From positions 1 to 21,359 of the forward strand of contig NW_021823972.1 of NCBI RefSeq assembly GCF_006345805.1: 21,359 nt of DNA, given 5' to 3'. Shown piece by piece: positions 1 to 10,694 of the stretch. The position numbers and the translations under genes were made by a program. Numbering within the stretch: position 1 is the first letter of the stretch; every line of letters starts with the position of its first letter. Under the pieces are notes generated by a model that worked only from the letters and a program-made list of their open reading frames with translations, searched no databases and was not told where the DNA came from. Source of the stretch: Octopus sinensis (taxonomy: Eukaryota).

Positions 1-8
1 TATATATA

Positions 9-55
<47 letters not shown>

Positions 56-156
56 ATAATATATATATATATATATATATAATATATGCATGTATATTAT
101 ATGTAGATGTAGGTACGTACATATATGTTGTATGTAATGCATATATTTTTATTATA

Positions 157-224
<68 letters not shown>
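1..224. repeat. Interrupted (TA)n microsatellite
   Basis: Long TA dinucleotide runs (about 1-85 and 160-224) with a degenerate AT-rich spacer. Confidence 0.95.
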
Positions 225-226
<2 letters not shown>

Positions 227-462
227 CCCAGCCGAGATTGCAAAGATAATCTGGATCTCGACTGAGGAAAGAAAACTCCGTCCTTGTTTTCTTTTTATCG
301 TCTATCTGGATGTTTGTTTTGTTGTCCCATTTTTGTATCACGTAGCTCTCTGGATGTTTTGCCTTCTTGTCCTATTTTGTGTGTGTGTGTGTATATATAG
401 GAGAGGGAAAATTATAAAAAGGCAGAATGCTAAATTGAAGGTAAATTTTAATAAAAATGGGT

Positions 463-490
463 GGTGGTATCAAAATGTTCCCGGTCTAGT
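463..490. mobile_element. Probable degenerate mariner terminal inverted repeat at the 3' end (second copy at 1296-1323)
   Basis: GGTGGTATCAAAATGTTCCCGGTCTAGT lies just beyond the transposase stop and resembles mariner TIRs of the GAGGT..TCAAAAAGTT..CGG type. No partner TIR found on the 5' side. Confidence 0.55.
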
Positions 491-495
491 TATGT

Positions 496-1119
496 TTAAT
501 AAAAAGTACCTTGCGCAGCAATACAACAGTCCCAGTATTACTGTCACTTTTGGAATCCAGCCTGGGAATGGTTTTCCGATTCGCTCTGGATCTCGACAAC
601 AGAGTTAAAACGGCGATCTTTGAGCTGCCTTTTCATCTGGGAGAAGAGATGGTAGCCCGCAGATGCTAAATCTAGCAAAAGGGTGGGTGTGGAGGTGATA
701 CTTTGTTGTTTTGGGCAAGAAATTCACGAGTGAGGAGAACTTTGTGACAAGGTGCATTATCGTTATGAAGAAACCAATTCGTTGCGCTCTACAGATCTAG
801 TCACTTTCACCGAATGTCCCCATCTGAAACGCTTCAAAACTTTGCGGTAGAACTCTCGATTGACGATCTGGCTCTAGGTGACGAATTCTCGATGCACGAT
901 ACCGCGAATGTCGGAAAAGACCCCCAAAACGACGAGCATACTTATGATTGAGCTGCGGCTCTGTCGCGCCATTTGAGGCGCCCGTGCCACTTGAGACATT
1001 GCGTACGACCCATTGCCTGTCACCGTAAACCTTCCGAAGCATGATCAACGTCTCTGTAGAATACTTTCAAGTCTAACGCAAAATTTCACATTGGCTCTTT
1101 GTTCCAGTTTCTTGTCCAT
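496..1119 (-). pseudogene. Mariner (Tc1/mariner, D,D34D) transposase pseudogene, internally deleted, copy 1
   Basis: Minus strand from ATG at 1119 reads MDKKLEQRANVKFCVRL..ETLIMLRKVYGD..GRTQCLKWHGRLK (mariner HTH N-terminus). It then reads ARQSRSSIISMLVV..DIRGIVHREFV..IVNREFYRKVLKRF..NWFLHNDNA..LLTREFLAQNNKVSPPHPP..DLASAGYHLFSQMKRQLKDRRFNSVVEIQ..QGTFY*. HNDNA and DLASxxYHLF match the mariner HHDNA and YSPDLAPxDFHLF motifs. Multiple frameshifts and stops. Confidence 0.93.
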
Positions 1120-1328
1120 GACAAAATTGCAGACTACAGCATACACGTGGTCACGAAAACACAAGTTTTATTACTTCTCAAGTGTGTGTATGTGTGTGTG
1201 TGTGTGTGTGTTGTGTGTGTGTGTGTATATATAGGAGAGGGAAATTATAAAAAGGCAGAATGCTAAATTGAAGGTAAATTTTAATAAAAATGGGTGGTGG
1301 TATCAAAATGTTCCCGGTCTAGTTATGT

Positions 1329-1954
1329 TTAATAAAAAGTACCTTGCGCAGCAATACAACAGTCCCAGTATTACTGTCACTTTTGGAATCCAGCCTGGGA
1401 ATGGTTTTCCGATTCGCTCTGGATCTCGACAACAGAGTTAAAACGGCGATCTTTGAGCTGCCTTTTCATCTGGGAGAAGAGATGGTAGCCCGCAGATGCT
1501 AAATCTAGCAAAAGGGTGGGTGTGGAGGTGATACTTTGTTGTTTTGGGCAAGAAATTCACGAGTGAGGAGAACTTTGTGACAAGTGCATTATCGTTATGA
1601 AGAAACCAATTCGTTGCGCTCTACGATCTAGTCACTTTCACACCGAATGTCCCCATCTGAAACGCTTCAAAACTTTGCGGTAGAACTCTCGATTGACGAT
1701 CTGGCTCTAGGTGACGAATTCTCGATGCACGATACCGCGAATGTCGGAAAAGACCCCCAAAACGACGAGCATACTTATGATTGAGCTGCGGCTCTGTCGC
1801 GCCATTTGAGGCGCCCGTGCCACTTGAGACATTGCGTACGACCCATTGCCTTGTCACCGTAAACCTTCCGAAGCATGATCAACGTCTCTGTAGAATACTT
1901 TCCAAGTCTAACGCAAAATTTCACATTGGCTCTTTGTTCCAGTTTCTTGTCCAT
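1329..1954 (-). pseudogene. Mariner transposase pseudogene, internally deleted, copy 2
   Basis: Near-identical to copy 1. The N-terminus reads through as MDKKLEQRANVKFCVRLGKYSTETLIMLRKVYGDKAMGRTQCLKWHGRLK. Confidence 0.93.
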
Positions 1955-2021
1955 GACAAAAATTGCAGACTACAGCATACACGTGGTCACGAAAACACAA
2001 GTTTTATTACTTCTCAAGTGT

Positions 2022-2029
<8 letters not shown>

Positions 2030-2070
<41 letters not shown>

Positions 2071-2280
2071 CTTTGTATTTATGTTTATCTCATCACCGTT
2101 TGACGGCCGGTGTTGCTACATTTATGTCCCCGTAAAATAGCGATTCGGCAAAAGACAGCGATGAAACAGATATTAGACTCAAAACAATAAGTACTGGACT
2201 CGATTATCAATTCGACTAAACCTTTGGTGGCGGAGCGTCAGCTTGGCCGCAATCTAGTGACTGAAGTTACAGATAAACGA
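2030..2280 (+). mobile_element. Diverged 3' half of a SINE of the same family as 5159-5570
   Basis: (TG)n followed by ..TTTATGTCCCCGTAAAATAGCGATTCGGCAAAAGACAGCGAT..TAAGTACTGG..TCGACTAAA.., matching the tail at 5415-5570. Confidence 0.75.
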
Positions 2281-2824
2281 CATCCTTGTTAATTCCTTAT
2301 GCTTACTTTAGAGCTATAAACTTTTGAAGACCATTAACATTTCAAGACCTTATCGTACTCGTTTTCTCGTGACATAGGGTCGTTGTTGCTACCTCATTGT
2401 CATGATCGGAAAAGCTTTTCCGATTTACCTGCCGTCTCTACCTCATCCAAAGAGAATTAAAATCCAAATTACGTTTCAATCAAATATTTGCAGAAAATAT
2501 TTCTTATCAACTTCCATCAAACTTTACTTTCTTCGTTTCCAACTCGTTGGCAATGTACTCTAAGAACTGTTCCGTTTGTTAGACTGTACTTAAGAGACAT
2601 ACAACCATTTCGGAAACAAATTATATCAGCAAATATTAAGTGAATAATTATCGTAGATGAAACATAATTAAATTAAATAAAATAAATATTTGAAAAAAGA
2701 AAAGAAAAATTAAAATATTATATGTATTATCTAATTAACGAAAGAATGAATTTTTACAGGAAGAACATATCTCCCTTGTGAACAACCAATGAGAAATGAA
2801 AAAAAACCACATTGCATAGTGTCA

Positions 2825-2825
<1 letters not shown>

Positions 2826-2883
<58 letters not shown>
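2826..2883. repeat. (CA)n microsatellite
   Basis: Pure CA run. Confidence 0.97.
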
Positions 2884-2885
<2 letters not shown>

Positions 2886-3009
2886 GATGTAGATTAAAAA
2901 TATCTCTAGCATATAAATATAAACAAATTACAGAATATCGGCACGCCTGCCAAACCATGATATTTAAGCTGCATGCCTATTGGTTAAAACCGTATTCTAA
3001 AAATTCAAC

Positions 3010-3545
3010 GCACAAAATATCAGGCCTTGAGTTCATAATAAAAAATAGATAGAATATCGATAGAATAAATACCAGTTACGTACAAGGTAACTATGTTACC
3101 GACATCATCAGCTCCTCTAAATTGCTGGCCTTGTAATAAAACTAGAAAGAATTGGTGAGCTGGCAAAATCGCTACCGCGCCGAGCGAAATGTTTAGCGGC
3201 ATTTGGTCCCTCTTTATGTTCTGAGTTCAAACTCCGCCGAGGTCGACCTTGCTTTTCATCCATTCGAGGTCGATAAAATAACTATCAGTTGGGAACTGGG
3301 GTCGATGTGATCGATTTTTCCCTTCCCTTCCCTTCAAATTACTGGCCTTGTACCAATATTTGAAACCAATATTAGAATTTAGTGGCAGAATCGTGAGAGC
3401 TTCGGGACAAAATGCCATGCAGTATTTATTTCTGCACTTCCTGTTCTGAGTTCAAACTCGTTAAGTCATCTTTGCCTTTCATTCTTCCAAGGTTGATTAA
3501 ATAAAGTACCGGTCAGGTACTGAAATACATTTAATCAACTCCTAC
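3010..3545 (+). mobile_element. Head-to-tail cluster of degenerate tRNA-derived SINE copies (body type C)
   Basis: Recognisable copy at 3154-3370 (GAGCTGGCAAAATCG..GAGTTCAAACTCC..GTCGACCTTGCTTTTCATCC..GGTCGATAAAATAA). A second, more decayed copy at about 3380-3535 and tail remnants at 3010-3150. Confidence 0.8.
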
Positions 3546-4439
3546 CCAAACATTTCTGCTCTCCACCAAATTTCTGTTCATGTGTTTATCTTAGATAAAG
3601 CAAATTATTTGCATTTCAGTGGTTAATGTGAATTTGCATAGAGTGGACGACCCTAATAAGCGGAGATTCTTCAATGCAATTATCGTAATGGTAACAGACC
3701 CGCTACAATAATGCATCGTTTATAATGCGAGCCGTATTCTTCATTACAATCCTTTCAAGTTTAAGAGCCATAATGCATCTGATTAAACATTTCAACGAAC
3801 TAAAATGTTTTTCAAATAAAATGCCTCTCAACTCTATAACCTTTTACTTGAATATAATTGAATTGCTGGTGTCAGAGAATCCTTAGAAAGCCGACCAAGC
3901 GAAAATCTATCGAGACACATGCAAGTACTTCATCAATTTCACTTAACACAAAGATAGCATCAACAAGTGTTGGATGACTTCAGCATATTGTTGGTGATTA
4001 TATGAAAGCTACAGACAATAGAATGTTTTAAACGTTCCGCAAAAAGCCACGGGGAAATAATTGAAGAAACAAATCCAATTATGGAATTTGAAGTCCAAAA
4101 CTTTGTGCCCATAATTTCATTTTTTTTCCTTGTAATATGCATAATGTTCCTGAAACAAGTAGAAACTAGATTAGAGGTTTATTGTAACAGTACTGCACCA
4201 AGTCCTATTCCGCTTGTTATTAAAATATTACCCTACAAGGATCGAATTTTGCTGTTTAATGAAAGGTTAGCCTTTACTCAATGCTCTTTATGATCAAAAC
4301 CATTCTAGTTATGACAAGCCAAGTAATTTTTTTTATTAAGACACAGCTTAATTAAGACATTATTCACTAAAACATTTCTTCAAAGCTGATAGGCTTTATT
4401 TCGAGAGAGATTTGGATGCTGCTTACTACAGATCGAGTG

Positions 4440-4720
4440 GCTATGTGTGTTGGTTCTTTCATTGTCTCTAGCTTGGCCCCACGATCGTTAGGTCACGGGT
4501 TCGACTCCCAGTTCAGACAGTGCGTTATGTCCTTGAGCAAACCACTTCACTTCACGTTACAACAATCAAACCAACTGGAAATAAATACTGGTCGAGAGTT
4601 GGTGCAACCTTCCTTACCTCCGAATGTCACATCCTTGACGTTCCTGTCAAGGGTGCCAGGTCCAGAAAAGTATCTTGGTCCCGCTACCCTGTTCGTGACT
4701 ACCTAGACACCTAAGATAAC
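4440..4720 (+). mobile_element. Highly diverged tRNA-derived SINE with CORE-like body (type B)
   Basis: B-box-like GGGTTCGACTCC followed by TGTCCTTGAGCAAACCACTTCACTTCACGTT, as in 13068-13401 and 14546-14876. Confidence 0.65.
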
Positions 4721-5158
4721 TAGCAGAAGCATGATACGAGCTATCTTTGACAAATGGAGTCTAGGATTCGGTATTTTGGGTTCACAGTTTTACAGATGTT
4801 TCGATCATTTTCACCTCATCAGAATTAGTTCGAGGCAGATTTGTAAACGTACAAACTAATGTTTAAATAATTTTATATATCTAATTCTGCTCTCCGAAGC
4901 ATTTAATATTTTATTTAGTTTGTGTATGCTTTTGTTCAGACGAAAGCAAACACAGTCTGAAAATGCTTGTTAACATATTTACCTTCTGAGTTGCAGAACG
5001 AGTTTAATCAGAGTTTGATCACACTTATTAAAAATTTTCCAGTTTCTTTATTAGACCATTATACTGAGAATTTTAACAATAGCGTCCCATGTAACTAAGG
5101 AGAACACTAATTTACATTATTTACAAGTGACAAATTTACCTTATTTACATTTGACATA

Positions 5159-5570
5159 GGCGTAGGAGTGGCTGTGTGGTAAGTAGTTTGCCTACGAACC
5201 ACATGGTCCCGGGTTCAGTCCCACTGCGTGGTACTTTGGGCAAGTGTCTTCTACTATCGCCTCGGGCCGACCAAAGCTTTGTCAGTGGATTTGGTAGACG
5301 GAAATTGAAAGAAGGCTGTCGTATATATGTATATATATGTATATATGTATGTGTGTGTATATGTTTGTGTGTCTGTGTTTGTCCCACCAACATCGCTTGA
5401 CAACCGATGGTGGTGTGTTTACGTCCCCGTAACTTAGCGGTTCGGCAAAAGAGACCGATGGAATAAGTACTAGGCTTACAAAGCATAAGTCCTGGGGTTG
5501 ATTTGCTCGACTAAAGGCGGTGTTCCAGCATGGCTACCGTCAAATGACTGAAACAAGTAAAAGAATAAAG
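5159..5570 (+). mobile_element. Near full-length tRNA-derived SINE (type D, octopus OR2-like) with internal TA/TG microsatellite
   Basis: A-box-like TGGCTGTGTGG and B-box-like GGGTTCAGTCC, then a GGGCAAGTGTCTTCTACTAT body, a microsatellite, and a tail ending TGACTGAAACAAGTAAAAGAATAAAG. The family name comes from recollection of published octopus SINEs and was not searched. Confidence 0.85.
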
Positions 5571-5579
5571 GAGTGAAGA

Positions 5580-5816
5580 GTAGATATTTGTGCTCATCTT
5601 GTTTGTTGTTAACACAACCTTTCGGTTGATATACCCTCCAGGCTTCATCAGTTGTCTTGAGGAAATTTCGAACCTGGGTTCTCATTCCTAAGGTATTATT
5701 CGATGTTATTATTATTATTATTATTATTATCATTATTATTCAGGTCACTGCCTGGAATCGAACTCAGAATCTTAGTAAACCGCGCTCTTAACCACTACGC
5801 TATTTGCCCGTGGGCA
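5580..5816 (-). mobile_element. tRNA-headed SINE-like element with (AAT)n spacer and degenerate hammerhead-ribozyme-like body
   Basis: Minus strand: A box TAGCGTAGTGG (5792-5802), B box GAGTTCGATTCC (5754-5765), (AAT)n (5706-5740), then ..GACAA-CTGATGA-AGCCTG-GAGGGTATAT-CAACC-GAAA-GGTT-GTGTT.. (5611-5657). Confidence 0.75.
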
Positions 5817-6134
5817 TAAGGAGAACACATCGGTAATTTATTAATCAAACGGGCAGTCAAAAATGCATTACAAAAGCAGCAAATTTGTTTAATAGCTTTG
5901 CTTCGTCCCTTAATAATAATGGCATTTATCCTTCAGCAACAGTGATTTAGTAATAGTGGCTTATATACATGTCTGTTTACTGACGAAGTCACAATATAGG
6001 ATTGAAACCAGCCCGGCCAATCCAGCTCTCTCTTTTCTTTCTCCAGTGATATGTTATATGAAAACAAAGCGCTTACATCTCTCTAATGAAGTAGAATTGC
6101 AAAAAAAAAAAAAAAAAAATTTGAGATTTATTAA

Positions 6135-6962
<828 letters not shown>

Positions 6963-6999
6963 AATCGCCCAACTGGCTAGCACCTCTAGCACTAATACC

Positions 7000-7194
7000 A
7001 AAACCGTCGCCGTCACCACCAGAACCACCACCACCACCACCATTAATAGTGGTGGCGAAGACGACGACGGCCACTATCACCACGATCATCACCACCGCCA
7101 CCACCAATAACATAAATTCTCAGCATCACAGCTACTACTATTAACAATACTATAATTACTACCACTGCTGCTGCTACTATTGCAACTACTACTG

Positions 7195-7230
<36 letters not shown>

Positions 7231-7545
7231 TACTACTACTACTACTACCAAAATCAATACTATCACTGCTACTATTACTACTATCATGATAAACACCACC
7301 ACCACCATCGCTACCATTTCCACTACGAAATGCACCACCGTCGATTCCACCAACCAGCCAACCACCACCACTACCAAAACCATCACTACTATCACCCCCT
7401 CCGCCGCCTCCGCCACCAAAACCACCACCACCACCACCACCACCACCACCACCACCACCACCACCACCACCACCACCACCACCACCACCACACCACCACC
7501 ACCACCACCACCACCACCACCACCACCACCACCACCACCACCAAC
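7000..7545. repeat. Compound (ACC)n / (ACT)n trinucleotide microsatellite
   Basis: Cryptic CAC/CTA repeats, with pure (ACT)n at about 7190-7250 and pure (ACC)n at about 7420-7543. Confidence 0.95.
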
Positions 7546-7639
7546 GTCATCAATAACAGCATCAACAGGAGCCACTCTATATGGTTACTCACAAAGACAC
7601 ATTTGGGAATCGCAGTCTACAGTCGCTCCCTGAAAAGGA

Positions 7640-7950
7640 GTGTTTGTCATGGCTGGAACGCCTTTGATCACAGGTCTGTTCGATTACAGCAGTGCTGGGG
7701 CTAAGTAACAACACTACCATGAACATTACACGTACCACAAAATGTAGGAGCCATGTGTGGTCGATCACATGCTAGAAACAGTAGCCATAGTCCCTCAAAT
7801 CACGCCCATCCATGTTATAAAATGAAAGGACACATTGGACAATGTTATGTTAGATATAGAAGTAAATGAGATGGCTACAATTGGATTTCCATTGATTAGG
7901 AAGTGTTTATCTGCTCTTGTAGGTCCGGCATGGGGCTAAAAAACAACAGC
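7640..7950 (+). mobile_element. Remnants of a dispersed repeat ending GGGGCTAA(CAA/CAG)n
   Basis: Two similar termini (..CTGGGGCTAAGTAACAAC at about 7705 and ..TGGGGCTAAAAAACAACAGC at about 7931). The motifs GTCATGGCTGGAACGCCTTTGATCA and CCCTCAAAT recur in reverse complement at about 17934-18050 and 4285-4320. Confidence 0.55.
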
Positions 7951-7954
7951 AGCA

Positions 7955-8145
7955 GTGGAGGCGCAATGGCCCAGTGGTTAGGGCAGCGGACTCGCGATCG
8001 TAGGAGCGCGGTTTCGATTCCCAGAGTGGGTGCTTATTGAGCAAAAACACCTAAGCTCCACGAGGCTCCGGCAGGGGTGGAGTAGGGTGGGGGTGAACCC
8101 TGCTGTACTCTTTCACCACAACTTTCTCTCACTCTTTCTTCCTAC
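7955..8145 (+). mobile_element. tRNA-derived SINE head and body (type A), 3' tail different or absent
   Basis: GGAGGCGCAATGGCCCAGTGGTTAGGGCAGCGGACTCGCG..GGTTTCGATTCC..AAGCTCCACGAGGCTCCGGCAGGGG..CCCTGCTGTACTCTTTCACCACAACTTTCTCTCACTCT, matching 18129-18310. Confidence 0.9.
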
Positions 8146-9079
8146 TTCTGCCACAAAGCAGAGGAGCCATGATGTAACCCACTATGGTGTGGCAAACTTT
8201 CAGCCCCTAGTCTGGATTGCGAATCCTCTGTACCCCAGGATGGTTCAGCTCTCCACCCGTTAAAAGCCACCGTTTATGGAATGAGGATAACAACATAACT
8301 TGTTGTTATCCTCATTTCCGTGTGGTGGGTGGATCTTCAAGTTGCCACACACATTCTTAGTAGCTTAGTGTAGGCTCGAATTAGAGATTATTCTGTGTGG
8401 CTAATGGCGTGAGTCCTGACTGGAAGAAAAAGATCACAACTACTACAATCTGATCCGACATGGTTTAATGTTTAGAATTCATAGCTTGCAACCAAGACGC
8501 CGAGGTTCGATATACATACATATAAGTACACACCTACATATATATGTATATATACATGCAACGAAAAAAAACAAACAGAGAAACGAGACATGCAACATAA
8601 AGAATATTCCCCTTCTTCAGTTGTCCCTATTTCATCTACTCTGCGTAGCGAAGGCAAGGACAATACGCGACTTCGTTGAAACAGGCCTTCTATATTATTT
8701 ATATTATTATATGATCGAACGCCACGCATCCTTTTCCATGTGTGTATATATATATATATATATAAATCAATAAGATTCCAGCCGAGTCTGATTTTCACGT
8801 TTATTATTTACGATTTTACAATATTGTAGTGATAAAATATTATATATGTATTATAATAAAACTGATACTGTCATACATTACGCAATTATCAGGTTTATGT
8901 AGAAGTTGTAGCAGTCGCGTTCCACAGTCAATTTATCACAATAAATATATAATATTGTTATTATAACATTGTAAATATTGCAAATAATGATTATTGATAC
9001 TGAGCTAGCTAGTAAATATTGCAAAGTTAGAATTTCATTCATTAATGTATTCTTCTGTACGCAGTCATGCAAACTTGGA

Positions 9080-9093
9080 TATCTATCTATCTT

Positions 9094-9185
<92 letters not shown>

Positions 9186-9189
9186 CCTG

Positions 9190-9275
<86 letters not shown>
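9080..9275. repeat. (TATC)n tetranucleotide microsatellite
   Basis: Nearly pure TATC array with one interruption. Confidence 0.97.
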
Positions 9276-9277
<2 letters not shown>

Positions 9278-9780
9278 GAAGAGGAAAGTGAGAGTAGAGA
9301 GGCAAGTTTTGTCTAGTGAATGTTTTAAAAAAAGATGGGTGAATGTAGCAAGGATGGCACGTATGAATGACGAAGCCACCTTGACTGTGATTCTATGAAC
9401 CGTAAAAATTAATACAGAGAGTTGCTTATTTGCAAAAAAAAAGAAATATAACATGTGACTTCATTGACCGAGGTTACTGTGGTCTTTTCCGTAGGCTTTT
9501 CTTTCCACGGGTAAACCTCACCTGTCCTCCCCTTTACACTTCATATTGACATTTCTGTGATTATGATTCCTATTGATCAACTTTTTTTTTCCTCTCCCCA
9601 TTTCTTTTTTTTCCCTCTCCCCCTCTTTTTTTAAATCCTCCCCTTTTTTTGTCCTCCTTCTTTCTTTTTACGATCCCTTTTGATAGAAAACCAACCCCCT
9701 CTTTTTTACCCCCAAAAGAAAAGCTCTACCTTGTAATTTGTTCTGTCTGTGTGCAGCCCTGTGTGGCTAATAAAGAAACA

Positions 9781-10045
<265 letters not shown>

Positions 10046-10095
10046 ACGATGAACTAATCACCATCAACAGCGTCCAGAGGTTCAAACCCACTGCT

Positions 10096-10170
10096 GTCTA
10101 CAAAAATACATCATACTAGAATATTTTACTTCTTAAAGTAAAATATTCTAGTATGATGTTTTTTGTAGAC
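10096..10170. other. Near-perfect 35-bp inverted repeat with a 4-nt loop
   Basis: 10096-10131 is the reverse complement of 10136-10170 except for one extra T in the left arm. Loop is CTTA. Confidence 0.95.
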
Positions 10171-10274
10171 TAGCGTCTTATCCACGGAGATGATCCATTC
10201 ATCATCCACTTCATTCTCTGATATCGCAGCCAAGCATCTGTTAAGCACGATATCGCTCCATATACATTAATATG

Positions 10275-10330
10275 TACACACACACACACACACACACACC
10301 ACACACACACACACAAACATACAGACGTAC
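10275..10330. repeat. (CA)n microsatellite
   Basis: Interrupted CA run. Confidence 0.92.
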
Positions 10331-10694
10331 ACATTAGCATTCGCACACATATGATGCGTGGATATGTTTTGATAACTGTTCTGCTGTGGGCGTGTTTGCT
10401 ATTCAAGCTTCATCTGTCATCAAGGAGTTAGGAGGGACTTGTCTGAAAAATATGTGGAGAAACAAAAAAAAAATAATAATAAACAACAAAATAAAGAACA
10501 ACAAAAAAAGAGAAAGTGGCGAGAAGAATGACGAGGAGGAAAAATAAAAATGAAACAAATAAAAAAAAAAAGCACTAGCGACATCCAAAACAAAACAAAA
10601 CAACAAAAAAAAATGAATCTCAGAATGACAAGAAACTACAACATCCAAAGAAAGAAAAACAAAGCATGGACTTGATGAAATAGAGACACAAAGA

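Larger units (their letters stand above)
378..2067. repeat. Tandem duplication of an ~835-bp unit bounded by (TG)n tracts
   Basis: About 378-1211 aligns with about 1212-2067. Seven small indels and no substitution seen by eye. Confidence 0.95.

Noticed and set aside
250-597. 13-nt direct match TCTGGATCTCGAC at 250 and 585
   Set aside because: A few 13-mer matches are expected by chance in 21 kb, and the flanks do not align.
4633-4652. 7-bp hairpin CCTTGAC/GTCAAGG and similar 6-7-bp stems (e.g. near 3085, 9470-9525, 10220-10255)
   Set aside because: Stems this short are expected by chance at this window size.
7180-7704. Mucin-like poly-Thr / poly-His / poly-Pro ORFs
   Set aside because: Products of an (ACC)n/(ACT)n array. 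Residue switches coincide with 1-nt phase slips, and there is no signal peptide or splice support.
10059-10094. Possible 36-nt minus-strand micro-exon after TTTTTGTAG
   Set aside because: The acceptor lies within the palindrome arm, the donor (GTGATT) is weak, and there is no homology.
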